Positions 52,445 through 64,000 of a DNA stretch of 64,000 nucleotides are shown here, in pieces (the first letter of the stretch is position 1; every line of letters starts with the position of its first letter). The DNA is from Octopus bimaculoides (lineage: Eukaryota), in NCBI RefSeq assembly GCF_001194135.2, contig NC_068998.1:39967389-40031388 (forward strand), in the 5' to 3' direction. Below the pieces are notes generated by a model. The model searched no databases, had not been told where the DNA came from, and saw nothing but the letters and a program-made list of their open reading frames with translations. The translations under genes and the position numbers were made by a program.

Positions 52445-52926
52445 NNNNNNNNNNNNNNNNNNNNNNNNNNNNNNNNNNNNNNNNNNNNNNNNNNNNNNNN
52501 NNNNNNNNNNNNNNNNNNNNNNNNNNNNNNNNNNNNNNNNNNNNNNNNNNNNNNNNNNNNNNNNNNNNNNNNNNNNNNNNNNNNNNNNNNNNNNNNNNNN
52601 NNNNNNNNNNNNNNNNNNNNNNNNNNNNNNNNNNNNNNNNNNNNNNNNNNNNNNNNNNNNNNNNNNNNNNNNNNNNNNNNNNNNNNNNNNNNNNNNNNNN
52701 NNNNNNNNNNNNNNNNNNNNNNNNNNNNNNNNNNNNNNNNNNNNNNNNNNNNNNNNNNNNNNNNNNNNNNNNNNNNNNNNNNNNNNNNNNNNNNNNNNNN
52801 NNNNNNNNNNNNNNNNNNNNNNNNNNNNNNNNNNNNNNNNNNNNNNNNNNNNNNNNNNNNNNNNNNNNNNNNNNNNNNNNNNNNNNNNNNNNNNNNNNNN
52901 NNNNNNNNNNNNNNNNNNNNNNNNNN
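52445..52926. other. Assembly gap (N run) next to (TA)n
   Basis: N run seen directly. Confidence 1.
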
Positions 52927-53110
52927 AAAAAAAGGGTTAAAAGTTTGTGTTAAGCAGGAAATGTGTCAAAACAGGAAGTGTGTATAAGGGGAGACAAATG
53001 TTTTTAGTTGGAGTTATGAACTCCAACTAAAAACATTTGTCTCCCCTTACACACACTTCCTGTTTTGACACCACATTTCCTGCTTAACACAAACTTTTAA
53101 CCCTTTTTTT
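52927..53110. repeat. Near-perfect palindrome, ~90-bp arms, 3-nt loop
   Basis: Arms differ by one substitution and a 3-nt indel. Centre is ggagtt-ATG-aactcc (53016-53018). Confidence 0.95.
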
Positions 53111-53715
53111 AAACCTAACAAAACTCTCAACTCTCATGCATCCTTATTTTTCCTACCATTATATACATGAACTACTTATTTTATAAACCTCCAAAAGGTG
53201 AAAGGCAAAGTTGACCTGTCAGTATTTGAACTCAGTACATAAAGAGATGGAAGAAATTCCACCAAGCATTTAGCCCTGCATAGTAAGATTATGAAATAAT
53301 ATTACTCAATTACCAATATCACTTGCATTTTAACAGCAAGTATGAGAGCCAACCCTGAATATGTGTCAGCCTTAATCTGACCATATCAACAATACATATC
53401 CTTCACTATACTTGCCAATGTAGAGCATTATGTCCATCTCTCTGTGAAATAGCTGGACCAATGGTCACGATGTTTTTCGGGATTACAAAAGAGGTAATCA
53501 GGAAGGTTTTTAACAAAAAAAAAAAAAAATGCATAAAGTATGATTATTTAGTGGATATTGAGTTTTGTATTAACAAATCATCTTAGATTTTTTTGTTAAA
53601 ATTCCAGTGATGAAGATTAAATCTGGATTTCCCCACTGTATAGTGCATGAATTTAGTGGATTTAGATTTGTGATACTATCCCTTTATTTCCCATTGTAGA
53701 TGGGCAGATTTGCTA

Positions 53716-54616
53716 TCTTACTATAATGGGCATTACGTCCATCTGTCTGTCCGTCTCTTTGTGTGTTTCCTCTTTACGGCCAGACGGCTGGACCAATGGT
53801 TGTGATATTTTTCGAGGTTACAAAGACAGTCGTCAGAAAGATTTTTAGCATTAAAAAATCAGAAAGTACAATTATTTTGTGGATATCGATTTTTGAATTG
53901 ATAAACCACCTTCGCACTTTTATTAAAAATTCACCGACCATGAGTAACTGGATTTTCATCATATAGTTTGTGGCCCCATCGTAGATACGAAGGGGGTCGC
54001 AAGGATGGTTAATATCGAAAATAAAATGGAAAAAAGTGTGTAACAGTATTTAGTGTGTGTGATTATTTAGTGGTTATTGAAATGTGTCAGTCTTGAGCAG
54101 GATTCAAAACAGCTAATCGAAGCGGCTATTGTTTACATCTCAGTTTTGTCAATCAAAATAATCCATGGTACCATTACATCCAGACATTATATGCATAGAA
54201 CAGTGAGAGGTAAGTCTTAGTTTGATTTTTTGCAACCCTAAAGATTCCACTCACACATGCACAGCAAACAAGGCACAAGGCCAGACTTTAGATCATGAAG
54301 GTGTATTTTTACCCACTCCGATGTTTACACACAGCCAATTATACGTCGCTATGAGTAGAGCAACAGACTCCAGTAATTTGAAAATTAGTGTTGACCAAAT
54401 AGAAAGTATTGTCTACTAAGAAGTTTTCTTATCATATTGATATTATTGAAAGGAATATGATTCATAATTTAAATAAGGAAATTTGTGATCTTTAAATGTA
54501 TAAGAGTATAAACAAGTGTAAAATAGTGTAAACAACTAAAATAAAACTATATCTAAATAACATTTTTTTCTTAATACTTTTTATGTAGTGGTCGAAGGAA
54601 GCTCTGGCTTCATTAG
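53716..54616 (+). mobile_element. Non-autonomous Helitron carrying the PIF1 helicase C-terminus
   Basis: 5' a|TCttactataat...ctgtctgtccg...ggccagacggctggacc. TANKAQGQTLDHEGVFLPTPMFTHSQLYVAMSRA (about 54260-54365) resembles TINKSQGQTL...FSHGQLYVALSR. The 3' end has gaagc..gcttc followed by ttag, a decayed hairpin plus CTAG. Confidence 0.75.
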
Positions 54617-55579
54617 GAATGGTCCACATACTCATTCATGATACAGAGGCTGGGAGCCTATTTCAGTTGGGATGTGAATCATCATCATATGTCACTTAGT
54701 TGCAAACACATGTCATATAGCTGCAATGGAATGCTACATCACCAACAATAATGTGATTTCTCTAAGATATCACCCAGTAATCTGTCAAGTCCATTTACAC
54801 ATTTCTCAAATATATACTGCTGTTATGACTTCTCTTCCTCGTTTTATGCCTCCATCATAGATGAGTAGATTTGTTAGTTTAAGTAAATGTACAAGATTAT
54901 ACAGTTTTTGCTATTGCAAAATAGAATTGCTAAGAAATTAAATTATTCAAAGATATTTTCTGCATGAAAAACAGTAGTTAAATAACTATTAATATGTTTA
55001 ATGAATGAAGCATTAAAAAGCTAATTACATATAATTATACAGTGAAGAAAACAAAACAAATTTTTTTTAAAACCTGATATTAGTCAATAAGTAATATTAT
55101 TTTCATTTTCCCTAGCAAGTATAGGATAAAAATATAGTTGTATTTATTTGGTATGGGATTTATTGGCTGAATCTGAAACAAGTGACAGAATCATATTAAA
55201 TATTAAGAAACTCATACATTGTTATATTCATTTCTATTCTTTCTGGTTTCATTTATTGCGACATGTGACTTCATGTATTTTGGTTGATTATATTGATTCT
55301 AGTACTTTGTCTGGTACTTATTTTTTATCGACCGCATGCAGATGTAATGATAAAGTTGGCCTTGGTATTAAGAGATGTAACCAAATACCAGGACATATTG
55401 TTGTTCAACAGTATGCTGATTCGACTATCAGAGTGGGTGATAGATACATACATATATACATACCTACATACATACATGTTACCACCATCATCATCATCAT
55501 TGAATGTCCACTTTTTCATGCTCGCATGTGTCAGATGGAATTTGATGAGGCAGATTTTCTCTGGTTGGATGTCCTTCCT

Positions 55580-55811
55580 TATTTCTTTATTGCCCACAAG
55601 GGGCTAAACATAGAGGGGACAAACAAGGACAGACAAATGGGATTAAGTCGATTACATCGACCCCAGTGCGTAACTGGTACTTAATTTATCGACCCCGAAA
55701 GGATGAAAGGCAAAGTCGACCTCGGCGGAATTTGAACTCAGAACGTAACAGCAGACGAAATACCGCTAAGCATTTTGCCCGGCGTGCTAATGATTCTGCC
55801 AGCTCGCTGCC
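55580..55811 (-). mobile_element. Young, near-intact tRNA-derived SINE with 15-bp TSD, nested in an older SINE
   Basis: TTGGATGTCCTTCCT at 55565-55579 and 55813-55827. CpGs are retained. Confidence 0.9.
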
Positions 55812-57488
55812 ATTGGATGTCCTTCCTGTTACCCGCTCTCACCTGTTTCTAAGTATGATAATATTTTCCCATGGCTGAACATGTTTTTATATAGAAAACT
55901 GGAAACAAATAACTCCACACGTATACTCATTTACAACCATCATGTGATGTCAAAACAAGGTGCTCACTCTCACATACATACATACATACATACATACATA
56001 CATACATGCATGCATGTTATAGGGATGTGAAGCAAAAATCAACTGTTTCAAGATTAGAACTCACCTTATAGTGAGACAAGGAACTCAATGCTGTAAAGTG
56101 TATTGTTCCAGCTCTCTATCATCTGCTCCACAACCTTTCCTTATAATCCTCCAGAAACAATGTCAATTATCTCATAGGAATTAATATATTCAAGTTATTT
56201 GCAGATTCTTTGATTGTATTGTGCATCTTTATTTATTGACTTGATGTTGATGCTATTTTTTTTTTTTCAGTTTTGATTTGCACTTTAGTTGTTTATTGAT
56301 TTCTCCCTGTGTGATTCTTTTTTATTTATCATTTATCTATTTTGGTTAGTTATATTTATTATTGTCTATCTATGTAGTTATCTTGGATGATTTTTGTTAA
56401 TCTTTTTGTGTGCATGTGTATGCTTGTGTGTGTAGTTTTTGGTCTGTTTCATTTTTGATAATGTTCTCAGCATGCACTGTAAATTGCATTCAGTTGCAAA
56501 AGTGTGTTTATGTGCATATGCATCTGTATGCAGTCTTAAATCTGCATGCATGTATAGAAGAAACTACCTCCATACACATGCAAACATACATAAATATATT
56601 TGTGTATATGTATATATACAGAGAGAGGGGGAGGAGAGAGAGGAGAGAGGGATGTGCAAGCAGGCAATTCTGTACATGTATTCAGTTGCATACTTGTTGT
56701 ATGTGAATGCATATTTGAGTGTGTGTGTGTGGATACATGTGTGTGCATGTGTATGTTTGTTTGAACACACATATATATATGTGTGTGTATATATAATTTA
56801 AATTATGGTTACATTTTGGTTATGTATACATGGAGGAATATATGTTGTTATAAATATGCGAACACATGCACACATAATCACACAAAAATTTCAAGTGCAT
56901 TTGATTGATTTTTTAAAAATTGGACTTGTTTGTATTTGAACTCAACTTTGCAAACAGATTGCATTTAACAGTTGCAGTGTGTAATGGCCTGCAGTGAAAA
57001 TTTGTCTAGTTTCATTAAGATTTCATGTTGTTTGTTTATTGATTCTTGCTTTGAATTTCTGTCAAATGTTTGTTTTCAACTGTTTTAAGAAAGTAAAGCT
57101 TTGTCATGCATGGATATAGGGTTCATGAAATTTCACTTAGTTGACTGGTTGAATATTTAGATTGTCAAACTATTGGCCTAAGCAGTTTGTATATGATAAC
57201 ATATACACTAACATGCTTATCACTAACATATTTATCACTATTTAGTCTTTAGCTACCTTCAGTAAGGTCCACTTAGTTGCAAGCATTTGTACCAAACTTC
57301 TGGTTTGCAGATAACTTGATATTCCAATTCACTGTTTCCTACTGCTGCAACCCATGACACAGATTATTCCTCCCTGTCACCCCCACCAGCCTCGGATAGC
57401 CAGCTAAAGGTTATGGGGCCTATGCTTCCTCCTCTGACTAATCATTAAATGAAAATAACTATTCATTTATTTCTTAGGAAGTACTATA

Positions 57489-57652
57489 GCTAGGTACAGC
57501 TCATCACATTGTCACATGTCTGGTACAGATCATCACGTTGCTAGGTACATATACAACTAGGTACAGATTCTTACATGGCTATGTATAAATCATAACATGA
57601 CTTGGTACAAAACACATAACTAAGTACAGACCATCACATGACTAGGTACAGT
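57489..57652. repeat. Degenerate minisatellite, unit about ctaggtacagatcatcacatga
   Basis: About 7 imperfect units, each with a ggtaca core. Confidence 0.7.
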
Positions 57653-58902
57653 TTGACACCGTGGGCAGGTGTCTTCTACCATAGCCTTGGGGCAACCAAA
57701 GCCTTGGGGCAACCAAAGCCTTGTAAGTGAAAAATTTGGTAAAGGGAAGCAGTGAAAGCCTGTTGTAGGGACCATTCCTGTCTTTTGGTGATAGACTTAT
57801 GGCATCACTTCATTTAACACCTACATTGTTCTTGAATACTTTTAACAGAGTCTATTATTTTAAGGACTTATTTTAAGGCTACCTTCACCTCCCTTCTTTA
57901 TATAGTAGAAATAATTGTTTCTGGTTTAGGCACAAGGCCGACAATTTCAGGAGGAGATTGTTAGTCAGTCATTAACCCAAGTGCTGGACTGATACTTTAT
58001 CAATCCTAGAGGGATGAAAGGCACAGTTGACCTCAGCAGGATTTGAACTCAAATTCTAAAGAGCTGGAACAAAGGCATTTCCCCAATGTTCTAACAATTC
58101 TGCCAATGCACCACGCTTTTTTTTTTTATCATAATGATAATAATAATGTTTTATTATGATAATCCTTTCTACTGTAGGCACAAGGCCTGAAAATTTGGGG
58201 AGGTGGCTAATCGATTACATCAACCCCAGTGCTCAACTGGTATTTATTTTATCGACCCTGAGAGGATAAAAGGTAAAGTCAACCTCAAGAATTTGAAATC
58301 AAAATGTAAAGATGGATGGAATGCTGCTAAGCATTTGTGCCAATATGCAAACGATTCTCCATTGTTTTATTATAATAATCATAACAGTAATGTTTAAATT
58401 AGTCACAATTACAATGCTTATGATCGCAGGGAATTTATTGGAGCATGGCTTGCCCAGGGTTAAACAACAACACCTTATAGATTAAATCTCTTGTGACTGT
58501 GTCACTTAGACACGTAATGTTTCGTAAGTTACTTAACCTAGGAGGTGCAGTACCCCTCACTTTTGCAGGGCTTCCCTTTCTTGTTAGGCTGACATAACTA
58601 AAGGCCAACCTGAACATCAACAAAAATAACAGGAGTTAGGAAGAAAGCAGGAGATTGGCTTGAATGATTGCAACAGAATTAAATTCACTAACTTATGCAT
58701 GTATATGTAGGTGCATATACATGTGTGTATGTGTGTGTGTATTATATAGATTATGTGCACAAACACTTGCCAAATAAACTGGCAGATTTGTTTTTCTTCT
58801 TACATAGATTTATGTATGTATGTATGTTTGTATGTATGTATGTATGTATGTTTGTATGTATGTATATATATATGTATATATGTATATGTGTATATATATA
58901 TA

Positions 58903-58948
<46 letters not shown>

Positions 58949-59024
58949 TATGTCTCTCTATAAATATCTTTCTCTATCTGTGTGTATGTATGTCTATATA
59001 TACATATATATGTATGTATATATG

Positions 59025-59075
<51 letters not shown>

Positions 59076-59519
59076 ATATACCTCTATAAATATATGAATA
59101 TCTTTCTATGTGTGTGTGTGTATGTATATATATGTGTGTGTTAAGCATTACACATATATACTGCTTCATGTGTAACTAGTCACTCAAACACACGTGCACA
59201 CACGCACGCACACACACACACACACACATTCTAACTCCTTGAACTTCCCATTTAATTTCCCGTCTCTTCCGTTTCTCAGTTTAACTTTTGGTTGTTTCCT
59301 TCAATCCTTCTTACTTTCTTTTCCTTTCTTTCTTTTCTTTTCTTTCTTACTTTCTTTTCTTTTCTTTCTTTCTTTCTTTTCACTTCATTTGCTCCTTTCC
59401 TCAGTTCCAGGATTTCAAGAAAGCCAAGACAAAAACTGGCCACCTCCCTCCCTTTTTAATTCACCCTCTCTTCCTCTCCCATTCTCTCCACCACTTCTGT
59501 TACTGCTCACACTTGGCTT

Positions 59520-60270
59520 CTCAAACTGTTCTGTGGCTATTGATGATGATGATGATGATGGTGCTGATGATGATGATGCTGATGACGACGATGATGATGA
59601 TATATTGCACAAGCAGGACACATCGTGATGCCAACACAAATACTCTACTGTCACCTGGCTGGGTCACCACCACCACCACCACCACCACCACCACCTCCTC
59701 TACTACTACTACTCTTGCTATCATCATCATCATTAGAACTACCACTACCACCACCATCACTGTTACCATCACACCCAGTGTTGGGACCACTTATACAGCC
59801 ACCACCATCCCTGCCATAGTGTTTATGCTACCAACCACCACCACTGTTTGTCTGTGATGACACTACTGCCCCTTTGCTATCTGTGATACTACTACTACTA
59901 CTACGAACACCACTGCACACTCACTATTATTATCATCACTACTTGTTCCCCTCCCAGGTATCATCTGCACTAGTGTTACCAGCTCCAACAGCGCTACTAC
60001 CACCACCACTACAGCAGCTACAGCCATAACACACTATTAGTGACACTACTAAATACTATTACTTTTACTACTGCTACCACCACCACCACCACCACCACAA
60101 CCACCACTGTTGGAACTATAACACACTGTTAGGTATAACACTCTGTTAGTGACACTACTGTTAATACTTCTACTACTACATCTACAACCACCACCACTAC
60201 CTCCACCACTACCACCACCACCACCGCTACTCTCACTGTTGCAACTACAGCCATAACACTGTATTAGTGA

Positions 60271-60303
<33 letters not shown>

Positions 60304-60450
60304 CTCCACCACCACCACCACCATCACCACCGCTGCAGCCACAGCTACCCACCATAACCACTAATTTTGAACTGTCAAGATATATCATGACCACTACCAC
60401 TGCTTCTCCCATCCTCATCAACACCATCACCTCTAAAACTACCACACACA

Positions 60451-60497
<47 letters not shown>

Positions 60498-60535
60498 TCT
60501 CTCTCTGTCTCTCTATCTCTGTCTCTCTCTCTCTG

Positions 60536-60605
<70 letters not shown>

Positions 60606-62260
60606 CATTTCACCCCCTATATTGTATCGCTATTACCCAAACCTTATTTCTACTACGAACATTACGTTTATACTATTAGTAATATCATTGCTGCTAGCGA
60701 GCCAACAAGGAAACCTCTGTATGGTTGCTTGTCCTGCTAGAAATAGCAGGCCCCCTCATATGACACATTACCTTCTTTAAAAAAAACAATAAGGAGGATA
60801 CATTGAGTGTCCATAGACACACCATGCCTGAAGAAGAAAAAAATAGGAAAAAAAATAACATAGATGGGATGTTCATGGCTGGCATGCCTTTGATCATAGA
60901 ATCATAAGACTGCTTGATTAGGGCTGACCTGGGGCTAAATAGCAACAACAACAACAACAGTAGTAGCAACAACACTATTATTGTTTCTACTACCTCTCCC
61001 ACATTCACCACACTAATGCCAATAGTGTGATGGATGTGGATGTGAATACCGTCATCCATCATCCCCCCACCACCACCACCATAATACTCCAACCTCTGTT
61101 TTTACTTCCAACTATTACTACACCTCAACCGTTACCACACAATAACTACCACTTCCAACACCCTCACAACAACCATCCTCTACCATAGTGAAGGAGGCTC
61201 TACAGGGTTGTGTAATTGCCTAGAAATAGCAGCCAAATCTCCCTCAAATCACACCTTGCTGGTGTGATATAAAGGGCAGGCACTATGAGGTAATGTAGAT
61301 AAAAGACAGGGTGGTCATTGTTGGAATGTCTTTGTTTAGAGGTTTGGTCAATGAAGGTTTAACACCAACAACAACATACCACCACCACCACCATCTCCAT
61401 AAACATTTCCACCACAGCAACTGCTATGCACACCACTACCACCATCATCACTACTATCATTGCCACCATAACCACCACCACCACCACCACCTCCACCACC
61501 ACNNNNNNNNNNNNNNNNNNNNNNNNNNNNNNNNNNNNNNNNNNNNNNNNNCAACAACATACCACCACCACCACCATCTCCATAAACATTTCCACCACAG
61601 CAACTGCTATGCACACCACTACCACCATCATCACTACTATCATTGCCACCATAACCACCACCACCACCACCACTACCACAGCTGCTGCTGCTATTCTATA
61701 ACTGCCACTAAAACCATAACCAATAATATCAACACAAACACATTGACTATAACAAATATAACCGTGAAAACCAACACTTCTATAATCACTACTACACCTC
61801 TGTAACCACCACTACCACCATAACCAATACCATTATCGCCAACAACTTCACCATAACAACTACTCTATAACTGCCACTGCCACCACTACAATACTATATA
61901 ACCACCACCACCACCATTGCAGACTACCAGCAGTGTTGCAATCAATAGCTTGCCGATGGCTGTCCCTTTTTTTGCATTGTTGCAATGGTTGTGTGCAGAC
62001 CAGGGAGTCAGCTAAACTGCCTCCTTGCTGTGCAGCCAATATAGCCACACCCCTCTCTGCCTTTCTTTGTCTATATTCTGACACCCCCACCTCTACTATC
62101 CCTTTATGACTTTCTGTCTTTTTTTGTACAACACTCTCTCCTTCTCTCCTGTTATGTATGTCTACCTGTCTATCTAACTGTCTGTCTGTCTGTCTATCTG
62201 TTTATCTGTCTATCTTTCCACCTACCTACCTATCTATTTGTCTATCTATTTGTCTATTTG

Positions 62261-62307
<47 letters not shown>

Positions 62308-62620
62308 ATTTGCTTCTATCTACCTCTCTCTTTCTCTCTCTCATTATCTATCAATCTATATATCTATCCATCTATCTATCCACTATTTATCCACCTATTT
62401 GACTATCTACTCACTGTCTACCTGTTTATCTGTTTGTTTATCCATCTGTCTCTATCTCTGTCTATCTATTTGTCTATTACTTAGCTATTTGCCTTCTTTA
62501 CTGTATGTCTCTTTCTGCCTATCCAGATATCCATCTGACTGTCTGCCTGCCTATATGAATGAAAGTCTGTCTGCATCTGTCTCTCTGTCCGCCTAGCCAT
62601 CTTCCCTACATGTCTATCTC
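59520..62620. repeat. Long compound microsatellite field: (GAT)n, (CAC)n, (TAC)n, (CT)n, (CA)n, (TATC)n
   Basis: Seen directly. Includes the N gap at 61503-61551. Confidence 0.9.
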
Positions 62621-63285
62621 TCTGCCTGAATGTGTCTATTTATCCATGTGTCTGTCCTTAGATTTGTTTGTCTGAACATATAACATTTGGAAGTCTTAGA
62701 AATCTATACTCTTTATCGTATTGTTGTGCATATTTTGTGTCTGATCTGTATTGTATGGTGATTTGACAGCTAGGTGATTCAATGTATGGACACGGGTTCA
62801 AATTTTAGCAAAGGATAAAAGTATCACTAATCCATATATCACTACAGAAAGTGGAATAATCTACAGTATCAATTTGTGATAATTTGGAATATAATAAAAC
62901 AAAAGTATAAATATTATATACTAGATCTTAAAGATGGATTTTTTTTTTACATAGGTACAAAATGTTAGTTTTACAGAAGAAAATAAAATTACGTATGACA
63001 TTCACATATTTTTTCAAGAACATTAAAATAGAATAAAATACAATTGCTTTATTGTCATGTACATTTACATAGTATGTGTGTTGAAATTTTGTCTTGATAG
63101 ATTTGAAAAGTTAAATAGATAAGATAAAACAGATTATTCAAAGTAAAAAATATAAATAATAATAATGATAAAATATAGTGTTAAATATGTACATTCAGTC
63201 TCAGTAGCTTTCTACTTGATTGTTCATTCACAATGCACACAAAACTAGAATGAAAGTTGTTTCTAAATTTATTGGTGTTATTTTG

Positions 63286-63316
<31 letters not shown>

Positions 63317-63942
63317 TAATAACGAATTTTTAGACTGTTAACTTCAGATTGTATTTGAACTGATTTTTAATAACAGTGGCCATTCGGTATTAGAGTCATT
63401 CAATTTCAGAGACCAAAAATATCAATTCTGAATACAGAAGAATTAAATAGGCTGACATGCGTATGTCAAGAATCATCAGTGATGTACAGTGTGTGACTCT
63501 CTAGATGGTTGTATGAAATGTCTTCTTGGTTAGTGAGCACAACTTGAGCACAACTGTCTACAGAAATTTCTTATTAAATCCTTCACTCTACGAATGAATA
63601 TTATTCTTTTCTAGTGAAGGTACTCTACAGAATAAGATATCTTCAGTAACTATAGCCTTAATGATGATAGTAAGAGTAAAATAACTAGAACTGGGTAACA
63701 AAATAAGATTGGAGATTCATATTCTTGTGTACAGCTTTTCTTGAATTAATGCTGCCAACCACACACACACACACACAGCCATGCTGGAGCACCACCTTCA
63801 AGAATGAATCAACCCCAGTACTTATTCTACTGGTCTCTTTTCTTAAACCTCTAAGTTACTGGGATTTAAACACTCCAACACCAGTTCGTGGTGAGGGTCA
63901 TACACAGACACGAAGATGCACACAAATATATATATATATATA

Positions 63943-63977
<35 letters not shown>

Positions 63978-64000
63978 GCATTCATACATATATATATATA

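Noticed and set aside
61372-61670. Identical ~120-bp blocks on both sides of the 49-N gap
   Set aside because: Typical uncollapsed contig overlap, probably an assembly artefact.
59600-61900. Possible mucin-like Thr/His-rich coding region
   Set aside because: Frames are broken by stops and switch between repeat types. There are no splice or start signals, consistent with a compound microsatellite.
1-64000. Most ORFs in the six-frame track ([12 protein letters not shown], poly-T/V/L/H and X-containing ORFs)
   Set aside because: They are translations of (TA)n, (CA)n, (CAC)n and similar microsatellites, or they span N gaps. They show no domain signal.
1-64000. CRISPR arrays, rRNA, prokaryotic operons or defence systems
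   Set aside because: No regularly spaced repeat-spacer array, rRNA similarity or gene-dense segment was seen. The sequence is eukaryotic throughout.

Overview
AT-rich eukaryotic (animal) genomic DNA, mostly non-coding. It is dense in microsatellites and tRNA-derived SINEs and has three assembly gaps. The SINE families and repeat load suggest a cephalopod (Octopus-like) genome; this is an inference from recalled repeat families, not a database result. Almost all ORFs in the supplied track are microsatellite or transposon-relic artefacts. The only well-supported host-gene signal is the 5' end of an unidentified minus-strand gene in a CpG-rich domain at about 21-24.8 kb. It has three exons with good splice signals, an ETS/E-box/YY1 promoter, and possibly a chain of very short downstream exons. 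Recognisable mobile elements are: a decayed hAT transposase split by a 3.6 kb Gypsy LTR element with both LTRs visible, two Helitron relics, two R4/Dong-type RLE retrotransposon fragments, RTE/CR1/L2 LINE fragments, Tc1-, hAT- and piggyBac-like MITEs, and many SINEs, one carrying a hammerhead-ribozyme-like fold. No rRNA, bona fide tRNA, CRISPR array or prokaryote-type system is present. I found no clearly new biological system. The best leads are the hammerhead-bearing SINE, the nested hAT/Gypsy locus and the two-promoter, micro-exon gene.
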